64,000 bases of DNA, taken from assembly GCA_029252505.1 (NCBI GenBank), contig JAQXBH010000093.1, positions 526 through 64,525 on the forward strand, written 5' to 3'. The notes under the pieces were generated by a model. It was not told where the DNA came from and ran no database searches. It saw only the letters and a program-made list of their open reading frames with translations. Position 1 is the first letter of the stretch. The number at the start of each line of letters is the position of its first letter. This document shows positions 37,700-49,100 of this stretch, in pieces. Source of the DNA: Opitutales bacterium (GTDB lineage: Bacteria; Verrucomicrobiota; Verrucomicrobiia; Opitutales; Seribacteraceae). A program made the position numbers and the translations under genes.

Positions 37700-37929
37700 C
37701 CTATCAATTCAATTTCAAGTTGTCGACTAAAGAGGCTCCACAAAACTGATACACAGCTTCATCGTGAATACAGTAATCGTAAATGATATCACATGTCGGA
37801 AATTCAAAGATAGGAAAATGATATAACTTTGCGTCAAAATACTCTTTTTTGCTAAAGACATGACGATGTTCAATTAATTCAATTTGAATTGCGATTAAGT
37901 AAAAATGCTATAGAAAATATCTTTATTAA

Positions 37930-38184
37930 ATGGGAACTTCTGAAAAACAAACCGCAGGACAAAATGATCTCACTTTTGAGCAAGCCTTGGCCAATCTTGA
38001 AGAAATCATTCAACGAATGGAGTCTGGTGAGGCTCCCCTCGACTCTTTAATTACTCACTACCAAACTGGCGTGAAAATGTTAAAACTTTGCCGAGAAAAA
38101 ATAGAGGCTGCGGAAATAAACATCAAAGAGGTTCAGGAAAGGGATGAAGAATTGATAAAAAAAGATTTTGAAGATATTGTGTGA
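37930..38184 (+). CDS. xseB: Exodeoxyribonuclease VII small subunit
   Basis: TFEQALANLEEIIQRMESGEAPLD...YQTG. Confidence 0.95.
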   Translation: MGTSEKQTAGQNDLTFEQALANLEEIIQRMESGEAPLDSLITHYQTGVKMLKLCREKIEAAEINIKEVQERDEELIKKDFEDIV

Positions 38185-40106
38185 TGGGAAATAATACCGA
38201 GATATTGAAAGAAATAACTGGTCCAGCTGATTTAAAAAAGCTCGATCACGAACAGATCGAGATTCTTTGCCAGGAAATTCGTAACAGAATAATTGATGCT
38301 ACTTCTCAAAACGGTGGCCATGTCGGTCCCAACCTTGGCGTGGTCGAGTTAACCGTTGCCTTGCATATTGCCTTTGATACTCCGCAGGATTCTTTCTTCT
38401 GGGATGTTTCCCACCAAGGGTATGTACATAAGTTGCTTACCGGTCGAAATGACGAGCGGTTTGAAAAAATTCGTCAATCAAACGGATTAAGTGGATTTCT
38501 TTCTCGCGAAGAAAGCAAACACGATGCGTTTGGAGCCGGTCATGCAGGCACAGCCCTTTCTGCCGCTCTCGGTCGCTGTATTGCACGTGACCTTAATAAG
38601 AAGGATGAGCATGTGGTTGCGGTTGCCGGGGATGCCGCATTTACCTGTGGCATTACTTTGGAGGCCCTGAACAATATTGCCAGTTCGACAAAGCGGTTCA
38701 TATTAATTTTGAATGATAATGAGTGGTCAATCGCCAAAAATGTGGGTGCGTTTTCCAAGTATTTTAACGAGTTGATCACCAATCCCGCATACACTCGTTT
38801 ACACAAAGACGCGGAAAGTTTCCTCACTCAAGTTCCCGGTGGTCCTTCACTGATGAAATTTCTATCGAAGGCAAAGCGAGATACAAAGGAATTAATTGCA
38901 CCCTCTAGCATTTTTGAAAAACTGGGCATCCGTTACCTCGGTCCAATTGATGGACACGATGTGCAATCATTAGTGCGCTTTTTTGAATTTGCCAAAACCT
39001 CCGATGAACCGATTGTCCTACACCTTCTTACCCAAAAAGGAAAAGGGTTTCCGGTGGCTTTGGAAGAACCGGAAAAGTGGCATGGATCAGGGCCTTTTGA
39101 CAAGCAGACAGGTCAAAGCAAACCGTCTTCTACAACTTCCCCGCCCAAATATCAGGATGTATTTGGAGAATGCCTATCCAAATTGGCCGCAGAGAATGAA
39201 AACATTGTCGGTATTACTGCGGCAATGCCAAGTGGTACTGGATTGGACGCCCTACATAAGGTAATCCCAGAACGCTTCTTTGATGTGGGCATTGCCGAAG
39301 AGCATGCCGTTCTTTTGGCTGCTGGTATGGCAACTGGTGGGAAACTTCCGGTATGTGCAATTTACTCCACTTTTTTACAAAGGGCTTATGACCCAATCAT
39401 TCATGATGTCTGCTTACAAAACCTTCCGGTTACTTTCTGCTTAGACCGTGCTGGACTCTCTCCTAATGATGGTCCCACCCACCATGGTTTATTCGATATA
39501 TCCTATCTGCGATGCGTACCAAACGGAATCATTATGCAACCGAAGGACGAGGATGAATTACAAGACATGATGGCAACCGGTATAACCTCAGGATCTCCCT
39601 CTTTTATCCGATATCCTCGTGGAGAAGGCGTTGGCGTACAAAGAAAACATATCCCCGTCCCCCTTGAAATTGGAAAAGCTGAAATCATAAGAGAAGGTTC
39701 TACCTGCTCGATTTGGGCAATTGGGGATTTTGTTCAATCTGCACTTCATATTGCCGATCACTTGTTAGAGAAATACGGAATAAAAATCTCAGTTGTAAAT
39801 GCAAGATTTATTAAACCCATAGACGAAGAATGTTTACTTAAACATGCTGAATCACACGAGTACATCGTTACGCTTGAAGATAATGTTCTCATGGGTGGAT
39901 TTGGATCTAGTATTCTTGAGGTATTCGAAAAGAATAATACTACAATAGCAGTTAAGCGTTTTGGTTGGCCTGATCAATTCATCGAGCACGGAAACTCGGT
40001 AGATGAATTAAGAAGTAAAGTCGGTCTAGATCAAGAAAGTCTAACGAAATCGATTGAGTCATTTCTCTTAATCGAAGATCAGTTGGCTGCTCCAATATTT
40101 GCTTAA
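38181..40106 (+). CDS. dxs: 1-deoxy-D-xylulose-5-phosphate synthase
   Basis: GGHVGPNLGVVEL, WDVSHQGY, GDAA...EALNN, DVGIAEEHA, IYSTFLQRAYD, DGPTHHG. Confidence 0.98.
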   Translation: MMGNNTEILKEITGPADLKKLDHEQIEILCQEIRNRIIDATSQNGGHVGPNLGVVELTVALHIAFDTPQDSFFWDVSHQGYVHKLLTGRNDERFEKIRQSNGLSGFLSREESKHDAFGAGHAGTALSAALGRCIARDLNKKDEHVVAVAGDAAFTCGITLEALNNIASSTKRFILILNDNEWSIAKNVGAFSKYFNELITNPAYTRLHKDAESFLTQVPGGPSLMKFLSKAKRDTKELIAPSSIFEKLGIRYLGPIDGHDVQSLVRFFEFAKTSDEPIVLHLLTQKGKGFPVALEEPEKWHGSGPFDKQTGQSKPSSTTSPPKYQDVFGECLSKLAAENENIVGITAAMPSGTGLDALHKVIPERFFDVGIAEEHAVLLAAGMATGGKLPVCAIYSTFLQRAYDPIIHDVCLQNLPVTFCLDRAGLSPNDGPTHHGLFDISYLRCVPNGIIMQPKDEDELQDMMATGITSGSPSFIRYPRGEGVGVQRKHIPVPLEIGKAEIIREGSTCSIWAIGDFVQSALHIADHLLEKYGIKISVVNARFIKPIDEECLLKHAESHEYIVTLEDNVLMGGFGSSILEVFEKNNTTIAVKRFGWPDQFIEHGNSVDELRSKVGLDQESLTKSIESFLLIEDQLAAPIFA

Positions 40107-40141
40107 AATTACAAATTACTTAATAAGGCATCACTTAGCTT

Positions 40142-43100
40142 TTATTCATAGCGATGCCATTTCTTTAAACTGTAGTGGTAAATTGCAGAAGGTACATCAC
40201 CTTGTTTCCTTCTGAAAAACAACCAGTCCGAAATTAAAGAGTTGTATAAATAGCCCTCCCCCTTATCAGCGTCCCAATTTTCTGTATTAGTCCAAGACCA
40301 TCCCCATCTTTCGGTCCAAAACCAGATATTATCGGTTTGAGAATTAGCGACTAAATAAATCCATAGAAAATCTTCATGATAAGTCCATGAATTATCAAAT
40401 GTATTAAAATAACCTAGCCAATTGGTTTTCCAATCCCCCAAATTAGTCTCGGTTGCTTCTTGAGACATTTTAGTCTGAACAGTTAAAGAATATTCAAGAG
40501 TTTCTTGATAACTAAAGTTTTGATCGATGAACTGGTCCGCAAATATTTGAATCGGAAAAGTTCCAGTGTCCCTTTCTAATGGAGTTCCTTCGACAACAAA
40601 TCGATTCTTGGATATGCGGTTTAATCGTAACCATTTCGGAAAACCTTCGGGTATTAATAAGATATTATCAAACGATGAACCAGTAAGTAGGAATTCGGAT
40701 CGATATAGCTTAAACTGAACTCCGCTTGAAACTGGGTTTCCAAGAATGGAGAAAGCACTTCCATTCACTAGAATCTTAACTTTCCATTGAGCAGTAAGTC
40801 CTGGAAGGTCGGTCGAATTGATATCAAACCTCACCGTTTCATCAGGACTAATTGTAGTTGGACTTTTCCCCCAAACTAAACCACTGCCATCCGAAAAGAG
40901 GTCTATATTTAACCAATTCGGCTTTTGCACATTATTGAGTGTTAACTCGGTTCCACTCGGCCAAGGTCCAGAATTGAATTCATAACGGTACATACTGGAT
41001 GTAGGGATACTTGTTTTGGGCGCAGGAGAAAGAATGGGAGTAAACTGTTTGGGTCCCCATAGTGCTATATACGCATTAAAAGATCCGTTATTTGCAGTGG
41101 ATAAGGATCCACTTGAATCCATTATTCCTGAAGTGATTCCTGTAGTCAGTTTATGCCCTGGAAATGAACTGGTAATAGATTTCATTAAGTCATCTCCTGC
41201 CCCTCCAATCTGCACGGCATCAATTACGCTGGTACCCTCTTGGTTAAGCTTTGCTAAAAAAGAATCTTTCTTACCGGATGTTGAAAATATTTTTTCGCCT
41301 AATTTGATGTCATTGGAGAAAGAACCAACAAAATATGTGTGAATCGAATTTTTGTGAATTGAGTCAATTGAATCATTTCCAGTACCCCCGTAGGCATTGA
41401 AGGAAATACAATTTCCTTTATCAGTAAGAACAGCAATAAAACCATCCTGCTTTCCGTTACTTTCCACTTTTCGATTTCCCCAACTCATAGAGTTTCGAAA
41501 ATTTCCAGCAATCACTAATCGGTTTTCTTGTTCAAGATAGAGGCCATTAACCTTATCTGCCCCTTCTCCGCCACCGGAGTAAATATTTTGCCAAATTCCC
41601 TTATTATTAAGTTCTGCGACAAAGCAATCGGACAGACCAAGTGATTGATGGGTAATATCTCCAAAAGAAGATATTCCTTGATAAGATCCAGCGAGGAAAA
41701 TTTTTCCCATTGATGAAATAGCAAGAGCATCGACCCTGTCGTCTTCAATTCCTCCAAAACTTTGTAACCAAGAAGCAGAAGAGATATCAATCGAGGGGAC
41801 TTCTAAAATAAAGCCGTCTTCTCCTCCCTTGGAATTAACCGTGTACATACCGTGGGAAAAAGTTCCGTCGAATTGTCCTGTCAAAAAAAGACTATTTTGA
41901 TAAAAGCAAGCGTCCTGAAAGTACTCATTGGAAGAACTTCCAATTGAGCTAAGATTTTTCAAAGATCCATCTTCTGACCATTCAACCACATATAAGTCAT
42001 GACCACCTGAAGACTGAATACTAAATGGGCCAATTTGAAGATCTCCGCTAAAGTCCCCAATGATATAAATTTCGCCATCGAGTCCAAGAATCGTTGACCC
42101 TACAGATAAATCACCTGAACTTATCAATTGCACCGAACGGTCTATGGTTCCACTCAAAGAAAGCTTTGCTACGAAACCATTTGTCTGACCTTGGCTGCGA
42201 AGGATAGTTTGTCCTAAATTCACTGATTGAGAAAAGGTTCCACCAATCAAGTAGTTTCCATCTGATGAAGGGGCAGTAGAAGAAATATTGACTTCTTTTC
42301 CAAAATTAAGTGCAGAAGAAAAAGATGCTAATTTTGGATTAGAAATTATTACTTGGGGATTACTTGTAACAGAGTAATTAAAATCTAAATCAGAAATACC
42401 CCCATCTCCATTGTATGCACGAACCTTTATATTTCCCGTACTGGAAATTGTATTGGATGGAACACCACCAAGCATACCAGTACCATTTAGGTTATCTTGA
42501 AAGCTCATCCAAGGAGGAGATTTAATTAACTCCATCCGAACAAATGGTTGATTGAGAACTCTAATTTCCTGATGAAAGAAAGTATTTTCCTGGAGATTCA
42601 AATTAGAAAAAGGAGCAAAAGCCGGTTTCCCCAGAATAGACTCAAGTTGTACCAAAAATTGATTTCCCACAGAATATGAAAATTCGTTCAAGTTAAAAGG
42701 CGTTGAGAGAGAAGTCCCTAATAAGATTGTTCCAAACGGACCGATTTGAAACTCTGTGGCGAAATCATTCGCCACTGTGCTGATTGGTTCATTCCAAATA
42801 ATTGCTCCAGTAATAGGATCTAGTTTAACAAGCATCAAATCATTCAATCCTAACGATTCATGAATGAGCGAACTACTAGGAACCGACAAATTCCCATCGT
42901 AATTTAAAACAACAATCGGATAACCAAATCGATCTGCTTGGACTTCCTGTACTGTAGTACTTCCAGTGGAAGAAAAGGATTTCATCCAATTTAATTCGAG
43001 AGCAGAATCAAAGGATAAAGTAAACCCACTCGAAGGGGAGCCGGAAGAAATTGCCATAGAATCGATGATTAACTGGGTTTCAAATTGCCCAACAACCAAT

Positions 43101-46100
43101 ATTGAATCATTTATACACTCAAGTCCGGTCGACTGATTAAAGTTCACATTTGGGAAGGATTTCCCTCCAGTCACGACTCCGTCTTTGTTGAATTTAACTA
43201 AAGTAGAATAGGAGGGAGAGTTTTCTTTCACTGAGTTGCTTACTGCAACAAAAGACCCATTTGATAATTCTCCCATCCCGACCATTTCCTCTGTTCCTTC
43301 TCCTCCATAAGTCTTGAGCCATATCAACTCTCCGGTATCTGTTAATTTCATGGCGAAATTATCGCTCTCACCCTGTGCATTCCAGTTTTGAGAATTGAGT
43401 TTAAGTTGTTCTCGAAAGTTTCCAGCAATTTGAATGGATTGATCCATCATCTCCATTTGTTCTAAGTTGGACAAGGTAGAAGAGCAGGAAATAGTCTTTA
43501 ACCAAACATGTTGGAAATTATTATCTAGTCTCGCAATAAAAGCATTATGATTTCCTTTTGCTGAAACTAAATTCTTACCAAATTCTAAATTCCCCCGAAA
43601 CACGCCACATACCGAAAAACCTCCATCTTTCAGCTCTAAAACTTGTTCAATCGAAATTTTCTGTGCTTTAAATCTTAGTGTATGAATTGGATTGGAGAGC
43701 TCTACATGATTCTCATATTTTGATACTATTGCTTCCGACTCAGACGATGAACCAAGTAAAAACGATCCGTTTTTTAAAACTGAAAAAGTATCAAGTCCTA
43801 CCGGGACAATTGAAGTAATATTCGATATACGAACGCTGTCATTTCGATCCACAACTTGAATAGTTCTTTTCAATTCCGAGAAATTCCCTGATGAATCTGC
43901 CGACCGGTAAGTAATTTGATAAATACCCTTTTGACTCATATCGACACTACCATTTATATCCACACTGTCATTTAAATCACTTCCGTCTTGAGCAGTGGAA
44001 AGATAACCCGGTTCAGAAAATATCTGCCCCACGCTTAATTGAATAAATTGATCTCCTTTAAGAATGAGTTGGGGAGGAGAAATATTTAAAACTTTCAAAC
44101 TATACTCTTTTAGAGCTTTCCGTTCATTATTTTCCAAAAAGGAGAGTTTGATTGCAAAGTCTCCGGTAACATTCTCTGGAACCATACCCTCTAACTTAAA
44201 TAAATCATAAGCCACTTTTTTGACTTTTAACCATGGCGGGCCTTGCAATATTATTGCCTGAGTAACCGAGTTGCGGGTCAGATTAGATATCTTAAAATGA
44301 TCAGTGATGCTAAGCCCTGCCGTTGTAGAAGTGATCGTGGGTTCAGTAACATCAAATGAATCGAAGTTTTCGACGACAATGGCAATAATTTCAATTTCAT
44401 CAAAACTTACTCCATCGGATACCCTTATTCCAAAGCGATCCTTTTGCGCAGAAGAATATGGAAGGTATTTAATCAGAGGGTTTGAAGTTCCATCTCCTGA
44501 TACAGATACCGTACCAAAGGAGGGTAAAGAATTGGGAGAAAGACTCCATACAAGATTTTCTCCCTCGGTATCGCTTGCATATAATCGAGCGATGTCAGAA
44601 GGATGTGCCTGACCAGTACTATCGAAACGAATGGTGATGATCGAACTTGGATTAATTACCGGGCTTATATTCTTTCCATCCACAATAAGTTGACAATTGA
44701 GCACAGAAAATAGACCTGTATCATCGGTAACAACAAAGGCAAGTTGATAACGATCACCACTACTTTGAGAAGGGGCAACACCAAATAAGCGAGCGCTCCC
44801 ACTGCTACTATTTTGGTCCCCCAGTTTGAGCCATGATTCCCCCCCTGATGGTAGTCCAAAAACCTTGATAGTCCGAGGACTGTTATCAGGGTCAGCAGTT
44901 GAAATATCCAAGCTGAACTGAGCTCCTTCTTTTGCGACTAATACAGATTCAAACGATGTGGTAAAAGTGGGTGCATCAGGAAGAGCTCTTACTTTTACCC
45001 GTACAGGAAGGATTGAACTTCGATTACCATCGCTCACTTTGAGCTTTATGATGTCGTCTCCAAAAAAATTCTCCCGAGGGGAATAAGAAAATAAATAAGG
45101 TCGTTGCCTGTCAATTTCACCGGAATTGGGAGAATCCTGAACTACTACGCTCGCCCCACTTTTAGGATTTTCTGCCAATGTCCAAGTCAGGGGGATTGCT
45201 GATGGCTTTGTCGGATCAGGGTCTTCAGCGATATAGTCTGATGGGGCAACCCATCCGCCCCGGGCACTACTTAGATTAGAGTCCTCATCAACATATACAA
45301 GTAATTCAGAAATTGTTTTGTTCGATTCGCTGACTGACTTAAAAACTGGCGGATAATTATCGATTCTGATTTCCAGCGTGAAGTTCTGTATCGTTGAAGT
45401 TTGATTAGAATCAAAAACTTCAAAAGAAATAGTATAATTTCCTTCCTCTTGAACTGTGGCTAATCCATAAAGAAGTCCGGTACCATTTCCCTCATCTTTA
45501 AAGGTTAACCATTCCGGTAGATTTCCACTGACATTGAGATCAATGGAATGCCATTCATAATTCCAGTCTGCGTCATAGGTATTGACGTTGTAAACATAGA
45601 CTGATTCATCATTCCAACTGTAAGATGGGGTGGAAATAAAAACCGGAGGGTCGTTGACAGGAGATACCTCCACATTTACTACAATCGTATCATATTTAGA
45701 AGGTGATCCCTCAATCCCTCCCCCATCGGTTACCTTAACTGTAAAGGAATCTGAGCCAGAAAAATTTCCGTCAGGAGAATAATCAAAAGTAGCCGGACTG
45801 GATCCATTTCCAGATATTATAACGGTTCCATGGCTAGGATGTGAAAAAACAGACCAAACCAAATTAGATGAGGGAGTTTCCATATCGATTCCCACTAAAA
45901 CAGGTGCAATCCAAGTAGAGTTCTGATCTTCAACCATAGTAACCGAAACGGAAGCCAAACCTGAATTGATAATCGGGGCATAATTAAGAACGCGTACCTG
46001 AACGTCGAACTCAGCGGAATTATATAAACCTGTTGAATCGGTAATACGTATAGAAAAGGATGAATTGCCTTCGTCGCTTTCTCCTGGAACTCCTTCCAGT

Positions 46101-49100
46101 AGAATAACACCATTAGAACGATCAAAAGAGGAAACTCCGAGCCATGATGGTCCAGTCAATTGAATTTCGCTTCCAACTAGACTATCTGCATCATACACCT
46201 TTGGAGAAATGGTAAAATTTTGGTTATCGATCGTAATCTGATCGGTGGGAAGAATCGAAAAAACGGGAGCATCATCAACATTTTGAATATTCAAATTAAT
46301 AGTAATTAAATCACTTCCGATTCCATCGCTCACTTCAACCTGAAAGGAATCAAAACCTGAAAAATTAGAATCAGGAGTATAGTCTAAAACAGGAGGCGAT
46401 GAACCCTGACCAGAAACCTGAGCACTTCCATTGGATGGGCTTGATTTAAGAGTCCAATTTAAGAATTGTCCGTCTATATCGGTTGCTGAAATGAGCGAAC
46501 TTCCATTCCAAGTCAGGTCCTCGGTATGAACAAAGGTCGTAGTTTCACCCTGAGCGATGACCGGATTGTTATTTTCGTCTAATACAACAAGCATAAAAGC
46601 CTGAACAGCAAATCGATTGGTTTGGTCACGAACTTCCAGCACGATTAAATTATTGCCAAGATCGTATTGATTAGGTGAGCCGCTCAATCGTGCCGAACCA
46701 TTACCGAAATCACTTAAGTTTAACCAACCAGGCAGTGGGACAAGGGAAGAAATTGTCACATTTGCGCCAAGATCTGCATCGAAAGTTGTAATATTATAGT
46801 CAAAAAGGAAATCCTGAATGGCCACGCCTGAGGTCGAACTCTTAAAAACCGGATCATCCTCAACTGGCAAAACATTTAAATTAATTCGAATTACATCCGA
46901 AGCATTTGGGTCCAAAGATTCAAAAACTTGTACTAAAAAGTAATCTGTTCCCGAAAAATTACCATCAGGTTGATAGCTCAGGGAAGAGGGTGTGGTTCCG
47001 GTTCCTGTGACCGATGCAATTCCATTTTGAGCCTGCTGCGAAATTACCCAAGTCAAAGTACCCAAGGTCTGGTCTAATCCTGTAACGGATAAATCAAGAC
47101 CACTCCATGTATTGATAATTGAATCCTCATTCAGGGAAGTTGAAAAAGTGGCCCCTTGTGATATTACAGGGGGATAGTTATTTGGGATCACTTGAAGAGT
47201 AAAAGCTTGAGTATCCTCCAACCCGGCTTGATCCACCACCTTAATCACGATCAACCTCGGTCCCACTTCCTCATAGTCCGACCAAGATGGCGTACCCGAT
47301 AATATCTGAGTCGTAGAATTGTATTCTAACCATCCGTTGGAAGGAAGGTTTTCAACCGTCACATTGAGCAACTCTGTACTTCCCACATCGTTAAGGTCTG
47401 GGTCCAATAACACCAGTGGGTAATGAAACATACTACCTTCATTTACGTCAGTGAAGGCAGGCACGGACGAAATTTCAGGTGGGTCATTAACCGGAGAAAT
47501 AACCAAGTTAAAAGTTAATAGAGTAGATTTATTACCCTCCCCATCAATATCCCTTAGGATCATAGTAAAGGAATCGGTTCCATTAAAATGAGGCACAAGA
47601 GGAGTGTAGGAAATACTTCTGTTCAAATCGGTTGCATTAATGTCCCAAGTAAGATTTCCGTGGGTTGGATAAACTGTGACATTTAGATCAACTCGATGAC
47701 CGTCTGAGTCATTGTAGTCTAAAAGTGGTAAAGAGGCATACCATGAAGTCTCATTAAAATCCTCACTTAAAATAATATCTGGTAAAACTGATAGATTAGA
47801 ATCTCCATTCACCCAAATTTGTGGAGGGTTATTGCGCTTGAGAATCTGAAGATTGAATGATTTTTGGACAATATCAGTCCCGTCATTAAGCGACAGAGTT
47901 ACATTGTAATCCTGATATGCTTGTCCATTGGCACTTCCTCCGCCCGGAATGCCAGCAATAGTAAAGCCGGTAAGACCTAAACCCACTAAAGTGGAGTTAT
48001 AACTTAATGATAGGTTGTCACCATCAGCATCAAAAACTGAGATAGTTTGATTATAATCATCTCCCTCCATGCCAGACGGAATAGAACTGGTAATAAATAT
48101 TGGCGCATCCTGAACCGGGGTGACGGTTACATTAAAATCAACGATATCGAAGTAATTCTCATTTGAAAGAGTCGCTCGAAATGAATGAATTCCACTAAAA
48201 TTCCCATCCGGAGTATAAGAAAACATTCCAGTGGTAGAATTTAAATCAAAAGTTGCATTGCCATCTGGATGTAGGAAGAGAGACCAAATCAAATCTGAAT
48301 CAAATGGGTGTGAACCGTTGAAGTCATATTGATAGATTCCACTATCTTCGGCGATGGTATGATTGATCGATGCATTATAATCAATAATCGGAGCCAAATC
48401 AGGTAAAACCTTCATTTGCCAGGCATCATTATGAAACGCTAAAGCACCTCCCCCGACATCTGCAAAAGTACTATCCCCAGGAATTCCAACTATCGCGGTT
48501 CCATTTTTCAACGCGATAGAAAGAAAACCCTGATCCGTGGAATTGGATTCATCAAGACTAAGGCTCGAAATCAATGAAATATTCGAACCATTACTTTCCA
48601 CACGATATAAATGTACATATCCCTCACCCTGACTGGGTGATGAGACAGCAAGAATGTCCGTGTTTACTTTCAAGTCGGAAGAAAAAAACTGATTGGATTG
48701 ATCTTGGGGTGGATAAATTATTGAAACTTGTTCCCAATTCAGGCCATTAAGATGAAAAATGTAAACCGCACCCGCATTAGTTCCATTTCCATCTTTTTGC
48801 CTCGCTCCCACGAAGGCTAGATTATTTGCGAGGGATACTGAATAACCGAACTCATCGCCAGCAGATAAGCCAATCGGAGATAACTTTGCAGTTTGAAACC
48901 ATCCCGATGCATTTTGCTCAAAAATGTAGGCTGCACCCGAATCAGTACCATTCGCGTCCGCTTTCGGTGCACCTACAAGTAGGCGAGGGCCAGAAAGGTT
49001 TAATGAGTAGCCAAATTCGTCATTACTTTGATTGTCGTCTGCACGCAAAACAGTATCAATCCCCCAATTCGTACCATTATTTTCAAAAATTGAGATTTTA

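Noticed and set aside
37930-40106. xseB-dxs without the usual intervening ispA
   Set aside because: A common rearrangement; ispA is probably elsewhere in the genome.
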